Below, one piece after another: positions 39,325-50,599 of a stretch of 64,000 nt of DNA (the first letter of the stretch is position 1; each line of letters opens with the position of its first letter). The notes under the pieces were generated by a model. The model was not told the origin of the DNA. It did not search any database and saw only the letters and a program-made list of their open reading frames with translations. The stretch comes from Barthelona sp. PCE (taxonomy: Eukaryota). Where the stretch lies: the NCBI GenBank assembly GCA_040285745.1, contig JAUFOR010000008.1, positions 1,488,001-1,552,000 on the forward strand, given 5' to 3'. The position numbers were made by a program, and so were the translations under genes.

Positions 39325-40197
39325 ATGGATTCAAAAACATCAAAAATGAAAGTGGGAATAGTTTGCTGTTCCCTTTCGTTAAACACGAAAAGAGCGTTGG
39401 AATACGTTGCAAACGAAATTGGTGGAGAAGTGCACGTGTGTTTGAACTTTGCAGAAATTGAAAAGCGTGGGTTTGAGCATTATGAACCTATGATCCAACA
39501 GTTGAACGAATGTGATATTCTTGGTGTTGGCTCGCTCGCTTGGGCCGCCACAATACCTCTGTTTTTCGAGGAGGCTTTGAACAGTATGCCTTTCGACTCA
39601 TTAAACAAGCCATATTACCTTATCGCTGCACATGCAGGTGGTCCAGGTCGCGTATGTGCTCACATTCACCGTCTGTTCCGCTCTTACGGAAACGAAAGGT
39701 GCGCTGGTTGGATCAACGTTAAGGGACCGAACAATATGCCAGCTAATCTCCGAAAGTACCGTTTTGATCGTGTCCAGTGGAACTTCCCTCCAAAGAACCT
39801 CATGTCATATCCTGAGCAGGTGATAAAGAACCTGGAAGAGGAGAACTGGGTGGTACCACCGTACCGTGCAATTTTAAAACTAGTGCAGTGGGCCCGTCGC
39901 CCCGGTGTGATGCGCATGCTCAGCGCCAATGTGTCGATGGACCATGACAAGTGCATTGGATGCAACAAGTGCGTTGATGTCTGCATTGTTGGGTCGCTTG
40001 TTAAGAACGACGATCCCGACAATAAGGTCCCTATTTACGTTGCTGACACATGCATTGGCTGCCAATGCTGTGTGAACGTGTGTCCTGTTGATGCATTCGA
40101 ACACAATAACCGTGTTCGTTGGGATTATTGGCGTAAAGATGCCCTAGTGCAATTGACTGATGTTGATGATGAGCAAATCTATACAGGACCCCTGTAA
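39325..40197 (+). CDS. Flavodoxin-fold plus 2[4Fe-4S] ferredoxin protein (EFR1-family-like)
   Basis: N-terminal SLSLNTKRAL, DILGVGS, AAHAGGPG, GPNN; C-terminal CIGCNKCVDVC and CIGCQCCVNVCP. Confidence 0.85.
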   Translation: MDSKTSKMKVGIVCCSLSLNTKRALEYVANEIGGEVHVCLNFAEIEKRGFEHYEPMIQQLNECDILGVGSLAWAATIPLFFEEALNSMPFDSLNKPYYLIAAHAGGPGRVCAHIHRLFRSYGNERCAGWINVKGPNNMPANLRKYRFDRVQWNFPPKNLMSYPEQVIKNLEEENWVVPPYRAILKLVQWARRPGVMRMLSANVSMDHDKCIGCNKCVDVCIVGSLVKNDDPDNKVPIYVADTCIGCQCCVNVCPVDAFEHNNRVRWDYWRKDALVQLTDVDDEQIYTGPL

Positions 40198-40222
40198 TAT
40201 CTCCTTTTGAAATAAATATGGT

Positions 40223-43200
40223 TTACAATTGTGTTTCTTGGTCATTCAACAGAGGTTGAATGAGATTAGGTTCTTCGATCTGTGGTGAGGCATCGTTATT
40301 ACTGGTAGTGTTATCATGGTTAACACCACTATTGGGTGTGGGATCATCTATTGCGACGAATTTAACGGTAAGTGGTACTACACGTTTTTTGTTGCTGAAG
40401 AAGTACTTATTTTCAGTAAATTTAACAATATCAAACTCAGTGATATGCTCCAGCTGATCCTTGAAACGGGACTTTATATCACTGGAGTCTTTGGCAGCAT
40501 AGTGAACAATAATATATGCTTCACAGTATTCTTCATAAGCCAATTGTCGCTGAAGTGCATTGATACCATATATGTCATAGTTCTGAACCGAATCACGTTC
40601 TTGGTTGAAGAAACCCTTCCTCTTCGGCTTTTTGTTAACAAAATTGCGGTACGATGAGTATCGTACTTCTCCAGAACCAGTAAGAGTATTCTCGCTGTCG
40701 TTTTTTTTGAAAGGCCAGCTCCACGGACCTAATATGTTAAGAAATGGATACTGCCATATTTTGCGCTTTGTTACCATGATTTTTTTCACCTTTCTGAAAA
40801 CGGAACTAGTATCATCACTGCATATTTTGTATTCAATCCAGTTGAAGAAGTGTTTGTGGCCATCCTCACGATATATACGGTAATGATTTTGGTAATCAGT
40901 CACGCAATAGTTATCATCCAACTTAAATTGCACTAAAACATTCGGTGAACAATTGGTGTTGTTGTCATTCGGTGAGCGATTGGTGTTGTTGTCATTCGGT
41001 GAGCGATTGGGGTTTTCTTGATATTTACGATTCAAAAAAGATGACAGAAAAATAGTTGTTATTCCAATCGAACAAGTAAATATTAATATTAAACTTTTTC
41101 CACTTATCTTTTTTATATCGAATTCATCAAATAAGTAACACATTGCAGCGATACCAATAAAGTTGATAGATTCAAGGAACAAATCAATAGCTTTAGCAAC
41201 GTAGAAGCCGATGTATGAGACAATGATATATCCTTGAATAGCATTCAAGTATTTTGTCCAATCTGTTAACATTCCGAACAAGCAGAACTGAAACCAAAAT
41301 ATCAAGAATGACACTTTTCTCGAAAATATTGATACAACAAAGCATAAAATAAGACATGCTGAATGGAGCATCATTTTATCAAAGAAATTGTAATTCGCAA
41401 TAAAAATTGCAAGAAAAACAATAGTAATGGCTATTACATAAATTTTCCGTTTATCTTTAAATATTTCTAGTAAAAATGGCATGGCCGCTGAAAGAACAAT
41501 AGAAATAATAAAAAATGCCTTGCAATAACCTGAGTTGAGAAATTCATCACTTCTGTACACTTCATAATCAAAAAGTAATGCAAAATAACCTAATATACTC
41601 AAAAATGTTAGGCAAAAGAATATTGTATACGAAATTGTGATGCAGCCAAAGTGGTTAACCTTCTCAATATTTTTTTTCCAATTCTCATCAAAGGCCAAAG
41701 CGCTTGTGTTTAATGCAATATAATCAATTTTCTTTTTCTTTTCATTACTCACATCATTAATACTGCTTTTCACATTATCAACGTGATCAACATGGCAGTC
41801 AGAATAAACATAAAGCGCCTTTTGGTCTTCAGGAACCTGCTCAAAGTACTTAAGGTAGATGGTTCCAAATTTATGGAACTTTTCAAACAAATTAATTCTT
41901 TTTTCCGGCTCCAATTTTGACACATACTCACAAAGCAAAGCTCCTTCATCACCCAAATCATCCAAATTGGTCTCTGTGATGTAGCCAACACATTCTTTGA
42001 ATAAATCCTCTTTTTCCTCGTTTAAGATCGAATTAAGGGGATTGTGATACAGAGACATGAGGCGCCAAATTTTCTTTTTATCGATACCTTCATACTTAAG
42101 AATCTCAATAATACGGCTATGTTCTAGGTTAGCAAAGCTAAGCGGCTTGATAAATTTTTGGTGGGTCACTAAGATTTCCTTTTCAACAAACTCCATAACA
42201 GAAAAAACTTCACTGAACATGTTCCACAGATCTTTCTGTTCTTCGGTCATCAAAACTTTGAATATCAACTTGAACTGTTCTTGGTTAAGCATTCTTACGT
42301 CTGATATGCGAATATATTCAATGTAATCAACTTTGTTCAATTGCTCCTCAGGATTCAAATCATCGATGAAAAGAGATACCAATGGTTTTGGTAGTAGTTC
42401 TCAAGCTCGTTTTTTGTTGTTCTGAGTGAGCTTTAATATTTTGTTTTGTTGATCAAGACTGAGTGCTGCAAAATCTGAAGCATCCATAAGTGAAAAGAAT
42501 AAATTAAAAGCTTTAGGTTTGGTTATCAAGACGCTCATATACCCATTAAAACTTCTTGAAAACTTCCAAAACCTCTTCAAATTAACGTCATCAAATGGTA
42601 ACTCATCAAACTCAACAGACATTAACTTCCAAAACGTAAGATCATCCAATCCACGGAAGTTCAGTTCTGTGAAATACTGAAAATATTTTTCAATAATTTG
42701 CTTACCAAACAATCTTTCAAAAAGCATGGTAATTGGATTCTGATGTACCGAAATACATTTCCAAATATTTTTTAGGTCCTCACGTTGAGCAATTAGTAGC
42801 ATACATATTAAATTTTCATGTGAAATTGAGTGGTAATCTGATTTGGTAAATGCAAACAGATATTCCTGCAACCTTTCACCGTTATCTAAAACTTTGAAGT
42901 ATTCAACTGGATCAAGTTTTTGAGCAACAATGCGCCACAGTCTTTTACGCTTCTCCTCAGTACAATCTTTCATTTCAATAAATATTCTTCCAAGGTGGGG
43001 TTCAACAGCTGTCGTAATATGATTTGACTGAATGTATTGAATGAAGTGTGGAACAACCCAAAAATAATCTTTAACACACCACAGACTTAAAACATCTCTA
43101 ATTCGACTCCATCTTTTAAAAAACACATGTTTCACAGAATCAGGACAGTCACAAAGAGCTTCTTCCAATAAATTTATGTCAAAAGAAAAGAAATAATCCA

Positions 43201-43636
43201 CTTCATTTCTCAAAATGTCATCAGATCCGAGAGTACTAGAAAGAAGAATGAAAAATTTTTCAATTTCCCAACGTTTTCCAATACAATGGATTATATGACA
43301 TGCTCCTACAATATTCAAAGAAATGCCTCCAGGTAATAAAATTCTACCAGTTGCTCGATTATTCGAAGTCCACATATTTCTAATTGGCTCATGATTTTCA
43401 CTGAACTTCCTGCAAATGAATTTTGCAAAATCTGTGAACTTATCAGAGCTTCCGCGATATAAAATATCAATATTATTGATAAATCCTATGGTTGAATTAT
43501 CTTCGAAGACAAAAACATTTCTTCTACGAACAATCCCTATATAGTTAACTCCTGCTTCAATCTTATCATGGAATGCTCCATGGATTCTTTCATAATCTGC
43601 TCTAATAGCTTCATTATTATTATTACCTCTGTCCAT
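40223..43636 (-). pseudogene. ~1137-codon gene (helical repeats followed by a multi-TM region) interrupted by one in-frame TGA at 42403-42401; pseudogene or readthrough
   Basis: The two track ORFs are in the same frame and 18 nt apart: NKKRA*ELLPKPLVSLF. The downstream ORF has no ATG near its start. Confidence 0.7.
40939..41010 (-). repeat. Coding 27-bp tandem repeat (about 2.7 copies)
   Basis: Encodes NRSPNDNNT-NRSPNDNNT-NCSPN. Confidence 0.9.
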
Positions 43637-44577
43637 AAAGAAAAGAGTAAAGTAATGAAAAAGAATTCAAGATAATCAATAATAACTTTTGATAGCACCA
43701 TATTTAAACAATTTCAAGACGAATTTCAATAATAAAAATAACGTAAAGTCACCAAAAAAAGAGATTCAAAAAAGAAACTCAAAATCTATAATATACCATA
43801 AACACACATCATAAACCCGCCCAATATACACAAAAAATGCCCGATAGCAGTGAAACTAACACAATATTCCCTTCAACAAGAAATAATCCAATATACAATT
43901 ATCAGCTTCATAAAACGGTTTTATCCTCGCTTTAGAATAACACCCAACGATATAAGCACTTCCAGGAGCTCATTAGGATTGATATAAATCTCATTTAGGA
44001 AAGTTTCGCTTTTTTTTCGCTTCTGTTGATGGATTATTTAAGCAAATGACATCCAAAACTGTACAATCACAGTTTTTTATTAGTTTCAAGGGATACATTC
44101 CACATAATGCAAGTGTTTGAGCATTTAAAAAAAAATCCTATAAGATTGAGTTAATTTCACGATTTAGTACGTAAAGATAATGATACAGGCACAAATCAGC
44201 ATCAGTGGCGAGCTGTAGTTTTTTGAAAAATTTCTTAAATACCATTCTAAGCAATCATTGCCATTCTAAGAGATATTTCAACATTGAAAATGTATTTAAC
44301 TATAATTAAAAGCAGAAAACAAAGATAGCAAAGAATAGTGACAAGGCAGGTTTTTGCAGATGCATAATTTAGATAAATTTTCAGTGATATTTCGCGAAAT
44401 ACTGATGAATATCACCTTTAAAGCAACATTTTAAAGTATTAACGGGAGATTTGATAAATTTCGAGGATTGTATTTCTATGCCTGTGCAAGCATAACAGGA
44501 TTCCTTACAGCGGCATATATAGGCAAACGATAGACTTCAGCTTAAGGAATGAACCCATACAGTGACAGGCTTGGAAA

Positions 44578-46119
44578 ATGAACTTTCTCCCTTTTCTCCT
44601 CGTTTTGGTGCTTTTCACGCACATAACACGTGCTAAATACTACTACCCGCGGCCTCCATATGGTCGTCCGGCGCATTGCACAACCCCCCCTAACGATTCT
44701 TTATTGTTTGTTGAGTCAGATTTAGACAGTTTGAAAAACGTCGTCTTCACTTGCGGAAAGACGACAACCTTCACGATTCCACTCGTCAATACGACGTCAG
44801 GCATCGACCAGGATGAGATCACTGCTTTTCTTGTGCACAAAGACGGTGTAGATGAGTCTGGCTGTTTAGTACACCCAGACCACGCAGCAGGCGTCTATCG
44901 TGTGAGCTGCTTTACTTTATCTCATGGAGAATACTCGCTAATAGTGCGAGTTGGGCATCCTTTTTGCCATTCATTCACAATGATTGATGGCAGGTGCACG
45001 CCGCGCAACACACATCCGTTCCTGCGGTGTAACGGGCACATCAAGCCACAGTGGAAAGAGTATTATGAGGCCAATTATCGTAGTCGAGCTGGCACGTATC
45101 ACACTTTTTCCTACAACGTTACAGCCAGCACTGATCCCATGTGCGTCTCGCCTGAGCGCATCAGGTCAGCCCCCACATGCACAGAGACAGTGCATGATAC
45201 GAGCGTATATACATATGTTACTGGCGGGTTTACCACACCTCGTGAAGCACTTCTTTTTGAGAAGTACCGTAAGTTCCGCCGAAAGGGATGCTTCCTGATT
45301 CGCAAACCACACCATGTTGGCAAGCGCGGTCATCTTTTTGACAGGGAGAACCACTGTTTCATCGATCCCCAGATGAGCAAACTTAGACTCATGTACAAGG
45401 CGCCATCACACGGTCGCATATTGTTGGGGATGCAGGTTCAGCGCTATCGTTTTGAAAACAACATGGATCGTGCTTTTAAACACGTCTCTGACCCGCGCAG
45501 TCTTCGGATATACGACTGCCCCGTCAGCGAGAAGATGTTTAACTGCAAAAGCTTTGATCTCGACGATCTCTTCATTAAGCATGAGTGGTTGTTCCCGACC
45601 TCGCATCTGCCTAATTCATACAACACATACGACGAGTTCGATGCTGTCATTGTTATGACTGGTGGGTGGGAGATCATGATTGAAACCCACGCGTCCAGCA
45701 AGTACGGCAACGTCGGTAAGGTGATGCATTCTATCGTTTCAAATTCGTCTCCTCGTGTCTACATCATTGGTGATCCCAAGAACGAGAAGAGGCAGTACGC
45801 CTCACACCAAGTCTATTACGTTACGCGGGCGCTCAGACGTTCAGTTATGGATATTCAGAGTATTTGTGATAATTGCGTTGTTTATAGCGATACCGAAGCA
45901 TTGTCAAGGAATTTGTATTGGTCAAACGATTCCGATGACAGCCATATTAATATGGAAATATATAATGTGCTCCACGATCACATCAATAATTTAGTGAGGA
46001 ACCCTGAAGCTCGCAGCGATCTTTTATCGAGTCATTACAACTTCGTAGAGAGAAACTCGAAGGAATTTAACACGATTGATATGGTTGAGAGTAGCTTCTT
46101 CACTAAATTAACGACCTAA
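44578..46119 (+). CDS. Secreted NXPE/PC-esterase-like protein (Ig-like plus SGNH-like domains)
   Basis: Signal peptide; DHAAGVYRVSCFTLSHGEYSLIVRVGHP; DAVIVMTGGWE; C-terminal DDSH. Confidence 0.55.
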   Translation: MNFLPFLLVLVLFTHITRAKYYYPRPPYGRPAHCTTPPNDSLLFVESDLDSLKNVVFTCGKTTTFTIPLVNTTSGIDQDEITAFLVHKDGVDESGCLVHPDHAAGVYRVSCFTLSHGEYSLIVRVGHPFCHSFTMIDGRCTPRNTHPFLRCNGHIKPQWKEYYEANYRSRAGTYHTFSYNVTASTDPMCVSPERIRSAPTCTETVHDTSVYTYVTGGFTTPREALLFEKYRKFRRKGCFLIRKPHHVGKRGHLFDRENHCFIDPQMSKLRLMYKAPSHGRILLGMQVQRYRFENNMDRAFKHVSDPRSLRIYDCPVSEKMFNCKSFDLDDLFIKHEWLFPTSHLPNSYNTYDEFDAVIVMTGGWEIMIETHASSKYGNVGKVMHSIVSNSSPRVYIIGDPKNEKRQYASHQVYYVTRALRRSVMDIQSICDNCVVYSDTEALSRNLYWSNDSDDSHINMEIYNVLHDHINNLVRNPEARSDLLSSHYNFVERNSKEFNTIDMVESSFFTKLTT

Positions 46120-46278
46120 AAAATTTTCATTTCATTTGTTTGTGTTTTTCTTCTTATTTTTTCATTTTATGCATGACACCTTCGCGGATAGGGTTAAATA
46201 ATATACAATCCGCTAGTAAATTTCAATTTTTATCGTTGCTATCTCATTTATTCACTCTTTCTTATTTGGCACCATGGC

Positions 46279-49239
46279 ATGAGACTTATTCTTGTTTTAT
46301 TGGTTTTATCTCTCGCACTTTGCGATGAGAATATTGTTCAGTTGGACGATAACATACCTCAACTTTTTTCGGGTTACTACACATGTTTTTCCATTAATAT
46401 GACCCGCGAGGGATCGTTGTTTGTGTCCATGACCGGGGACAGCGACTTCATCATGTACTTCTCGCAAGTACAGTTCCCGAGCGATTTTGAAAATATGGCT
46501 TACACTCACGACAAGGAGATATATTTCCCCTATCACACCACATACTGGCTGCAAAACGTATCTGTCGTATATATAGGCGTACAATACCTAAATTATGAAG
46601 GTTCACCTTCAGGAAATATAACTGCGATTGGCACATATGCAGCCGTCAACGGTGCTCCAATCAACGATCACGGCACCCCCATGCATACTGACGGATACTT
46701 TTGCTTCCGTTTTTTGCCTATTGCATTTTATGATAGTATCAACGTGCTGTTAGGCAAAGTTAACATGAAATCATCAGTCCTGTTGGGCCAAACCGCCGGA
46801 CGTCCGATCTCCGCTGAAGATATAATATGGAGGAGCGACTATCAGAAAGGGCGGGGATTTAATATTTCTCTCCCCGATGTTTTCAATCCCCACAAGCTGC
46901 TCTTCTTCTGCGTTGGCGCTCACAGCGGCGTAAACATAACAGTGTACCAACCGGGGTACATGATTGAGACCATCGAAAATATATTCGAGAAAGCAATAAT
47001 TCCCGAACATCAGTGGCAGTTCTTTACCACCACCTTGTCGCCAAACACCGACAGGCTGTTTGCAATCGAGATTATTGAGTGCCCAGCAAGCATGTACGTT
47101 TTTATGATGTACAAGGACGGATATCCGTCGTTTGAAAACGCTCAGCAGATGTTGCACACAAACCACTTTGAGGTAATATCGCTCATGGTCACCCGTAGCG
47201 AGACACAGTTCTCACTGGGTCTTTTTAACCCGACAAAGGCGTTCTGTCGGCTTAAATTCGGAATCGTCGATGATGCTTCTTACTTCCTCAATGACATGTT
47301 CGAGCTACGCCCGCTGTTTATGGGAGGCGTGTCAAAGATTTTGTTTCACGTCACGTTGGATGCGTATCTGGAGTACCCCGACTATTTCACGGTTGCGGCT
47401 TCAAACACTTCTAATTTTTGGGTTTCAACAAAGTACACAGACCCGCAGATGCATTGCGAGTACTACGCAGAGAACGCAACAGCAATTGAAATGCCGATGG
47501 AGCAACTCCTCGAGTCTTTCATCATTGTTGTCGTCAAGCCTTCGGATGACCGCACCCCAAGCATCCGCGGCGGTTTAGTGAGGCGTATCCACCTCCATCA
47601 GCCGATCACGTTGCTTCTTTTTCACAGATATGCGTACTGGTACATACCCGCTATCGAGCTTGATTCTGACATTGTGTTGTCGTTTTTAACGCACGATAAG
47701 CTGACGCCAGAGGTGTTTGCGAACCAGGAGCAGTTGCCAGGCCCAGACTACGCACGGTGGTCATCGGAACTGCAGTCACAGTGTGCGTCTCATTTTGAGA
47801 TTAAGCAGGACGAGCTGGAACCGCACAGCAACCTTTATTTTAGTTTCAACCATTATGAACTGACATTCACGGCGACAAAGACGATGAGCATCATGCTTGA
47901 TCCCAAAACCCCCTTCACCAAGACGATGCACGTTGGTGACGAGGCATTTGTCCAATTCCTGACGATTAAGGACGCCCTGAAGAGCGACTATGGGTTCACG
48001 CTCGACGTACTGAGCAGAAACTCGACAAAGGCCCATGTGTTAGCTCTTTTCTCAGTCACGAACAGGATCCCGACGCTGGAAGACTTTGACTGGGCGCTGG
48101 CCGATTTCCAGCTGGAGAATGTCGCCGGCGGGGGGTCTTCGGTTGAGACCGGAGGCAATCTATTATTTATTCGTTACGATGAGGTTGTCGAGCGGATGGC
48201 GGGAAACCAACATATCAACATTGATGAAGTTCATTTCTTTATCAGGGTGATGATTGTTGAGGTGGACGAGGCTGGAAACATCCTGTTGACAAAGTCATGG
48301 GATACCATTTCGCTCAGCATTAATACTTTTATTATTCCGACCCTTCGACCAAAGCTTCGCCTTAGCTTCCTTGATAAAATGCCGGACAGTCCCGACAACG
48401 TTATACAGAAGCAGGTTAGGCATCTCGTTCGATATAATATCCGCACAAAGATGCTCGACCCTCTGCTTCTGATCCACACAGACTGCCCTGACTCGCACCC
48501 TGTCTCTCTTCTCACTAGCGGCAGCGGGAAGCCTTCACTGAAGCACTATGATCAGGTGTATAGACCCATCTCATGGAACAACACCGGTGGCGATTTTGGA
48601 TTGTGGAAGACAATTCCGCTTAAAGACACACAGGTGAACAGCATCGGAAACGTGTTCCTGCTCATCAACAATCCGGTGAAGTGCAACGTGTACATGAGGT
48701 TGATGGTCAACCAGATCCTTCCGAGATCAGTGAAAAAGCGGCAAATGTTTTTCAGCGGGGTAATATATAGCTATTCCATGAAGATTGCGACGTTTACAGA
48801 GTCTCTGAACCTGTTTGCCACCCTTCATAGCGAGGTAGGCGGTATTGGGGATTGCAAAATGAAGGCGCTCGTCAGCGTGTCTAATCACCAGCCGTACCCA
48901 CCTTTTGCTGCCGCAAACAGCATCCCCTCGCCAACAACAAAGACTTATCAGTGGGATTTCGTTTCTGAGGGGTCATTAATGAACATTTTAGTCGATCGCA
49001 CAACGCCAAGCGAGCCCAGTAATTCTTTTAGGGTTGGTAACTTCTTTGTGTCGCTGTACACCACATGCGACCTCGAGGCCAAGCTCTTATTGGACATCAG
49101 GCCCAGTGGTCTGACAGACTATGGATTTTTTGCAGTTATTCTCACTCTTTGCATTTTTATTGTTTTTGTCACTTATCACCGGTCTCTACGCGGATCTTCG
49201 AAGAATGCTAACGTGTTGGAGTACCATGGTATCGAATAA
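46279..49239 (+). CDS. Type I membrane surface protein with repeated beta-sandwich-like modules
   Basis: Signal peptide, one TM near the C-terminus, short cytosolic tail, and a recurring hydrophobic strand-P-x(3-4)-aromatic/D motif. Confidence 0.8.
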   Translation: MRLILVLLVLSLALCDENIVQLDDNIPQLFSGYYTCFSINMTREGSLFVSMTGDSDFIMYFSQVQFPSDFENMAYTHDKEIYFPYHTTYWLQNVSVVYIGVQYLNYEGSPSGNITAIGTYAAVNGAPINDHGTPMHTDGYFCFRFLPIAFYDSINVLLGKVNMKSSVLLGQTAGRPISAEDIIWRSDYQKGRGFNISLPDVFNPHKLLFFCVGAHSGVNITVYQPGYMIETIENIFEKAIIPEHQWQFFTTTLSPNTDRLFAIEIIECPASMYVFMMYKDGYPSFENAQQMLHTNHFEVISLMVTRSETQFSLGLFNPTKAFCRLKFGIVDDASYFLNDMFELRPLFMGGVSKILFHVTLDAYLEYPDYFTVAASNTSNFWVSTKYTDPQMHCEYYAENATAIEMPMEQLLESFIIVVVKPSDDRTPSIRGGLVRRIHLHQPITLLLFHRYAYWYIPAIELDSDIVLSFLTHDKLTPEVFANQEQLPGPDYARWSSELQSQCASHFEIKQDELEPHSNLYFSFNHYELTFTATKTMSIMLDPKTPFTKTMHVGDEAFVQFLTIKDALKSDYGFTLDVLSRNSTKAHVLALFSVTNRIPTLEDFDWALADFQLENVAGGGSSVETGGNLLFIRYDEVVERMAGNQHINIDEVHFFIRVMIVEVDEAGNILLTKSWDTISLSINTFIIPTLRPKLRLSFLDKMPDSPDNVIQKQVRHLVRYNIRTKMLDPLLLIHTDCPDSHPVSLLTSGSGKPSLKHYDQVYRPISWNNTGGDFGLWKTIPLKDTQVNSIGNVFLLINNPVKCNVYMRLMVNQILPRSVKKRQMFFSGVIYSYSMKIATFTESLNLFATLHSEVGGIGDCKMKALVSVSNHQPYPPFAAANSIPSPTTKTYQWDFVSEGSLMNILVDRTTPSEPSNSFRVGNFFVSLYTTCDLEAKLLLDIRPSGLTDYGFFAVILTLCIFIVFVTYHRSLRGSSKNANVLEYHGIE

Positions 49240-49292
49240 ACATGAGCCAATTGAAATTTTTCCCTTTTCAGTTTTGGGCTTAAGTGTGAAAT

Positions 49293-49895
49293 ATGTATTC
49301 CATAAAGAATGTACGGAAGATTCAGCAGAAACATGGGTTTTTAAGCGGCGGACGGTATTCAAGTCCTAACAAGCTTGATTTGTCACAAAAGAAGCTGGGT
49401 AAGGCGGTCACCAGAACAGACGAGGGCAAGTTGTACTTTAACAAAACACCAGTGACGAGCAGCAAGAAAAAGAAAAAGGCGCTTCCGTCGTTAACGGTGG
49501 AGTCAGGACTAGTGCGATGCCTTTTCAAGCGCAGTCCTGTGTCATCCCCGGTCCAATCACCTGAACAAGTGAAGAATGACGTCCAGCGTGAGAGAATTAC
49601 CAGTTCACTTGACGAAGACACAGAGATCATTGAGATAGACGATTACCCTACCGTGGCGACAACTGTCGACCCAGTGTATGTGGAAGAGGGCTTCACACGG
49701 ATGACTGGTTCATTCAAGAGTCCTGGGAGGTATTCTGACTCACCTCGAGGACGATACATGCTTTATAACTATACTGTTAATCAGTATCTCAAGGAAAAGG
49801 AAAAGAAGAAGCGATTACCGAATAAGAAGAAGCGATCTCCAGTGAAAAAAGCAAGAAAGTTCGGTCAAGCTGTTGTAAAACAGCCTTCTAAGTGA
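49293..49895 (+). CDS. Hypothetical basic low-complexity protein, 200 aa
   Basis: ATG-started ORF; Lys-rich NLS-like stretches and SP motifs. Confidence 0.65.
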   Translation: MYSIKNVRKIQQKHGFLSGGRYSSPNKLDLSQKKLGKAVTRTDEGKLYFNKTPVTSSKKKKKALPSLTVESGLVRCLFKRSPVSSPVQSPEQVKNDVQRERITSSLDEDTEIIEIDDYPTVATTVDPVYVEEGFTRMTGSFKSPGRYSDSPRGRYMLYNYTVNQYLKEKEKKKRLPNKKKRSPVKKARKFGQAVVKQPSK

Positions 49896-49969
49896 TTTCA
49901 AAGCCTATCAATCAAACATATTTACAGTTGGGGTGTATGTGCAAGCGAGTATTATCATCATGTTTCATT

Positions 49970-50299
49970 TTAACAACAACAGAAAATGGCAATAATAACA
50001 CCAAATAAGAAGACAGAGAGAAGCGCAGCGAGGAATACGAGCGCAGTGACTGTTTCTTCCGACATGACAAAGCGAGTACTCAAGAAATCAATTGTAGTAC
50101 TACGGAATTCATTCATTTCACGTGCATATGTACGGATAATGCTGTCTCTCTTATGTGCGTCCTTCGTTACGATGCGAATATCATCAATGATCTCTCCTGT
50201 AACGTTTTTAAGATCATCTGATTTTATGCCAACAGCTATGACAAGAATAAACAGCGACAGTGCTAATAAGAATCCAACAAACCTTCCAAACTTCTTCAT
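49970..50299 (-). CDS. Small membrane protein (signal/TM, C-terminal TM, ends CCC)
   Basis: Two hydrophobic segments; terminal Cys triplet is a possible palmitoylation site. Confidence 0.7.
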   Translation of the reverse strand: MKKFGRFVGFLLALSLFILVIAVGIKSDDLKNVTGEIIDDIRIVTKDAHKRDSIIRTYAREMNEFRSTTIDFLSTRFVMSEETVTALVFLAALLSVFLFGVIIAIFCCC

Positions 50300-50599
50300 C
50301 TAACAGGCGGGGGAGCTCTAAAACTTTGGAATATGGTGAAAAATCTAAATCTGGCTTTTTTTGTATGTTACTTTTTGTAGGACCTCTCGTAATCAATTTT
50401 ATTGTTGGTGAAGGAGGAAGGAGGAAGGGTGTAAATTAGTCGTAGGCTGTTATCACGCATACCTGTTTTACTATCATATTTTTTAGATTAACTTTTTAGT
50501 CAAAGAACACAAATGCACACATCAATGTACAGATCTCAAAATGCCAATCCACATAACTTATTATTGCATTTCTTTCTTCCTTTCAGCTTTTATATTTGC

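Noticed and set aside
35868-49895. Genome-wide reassignment of TGA to Trp
   Set aside because: Very long ORFs (e.g. VPS13) use TGG and contain no TGA, and TGA ends several genes at plausible termini (35868, 38938, 49895). The shared TGA-GAA context at 38936 and 42403 is too little evidence.
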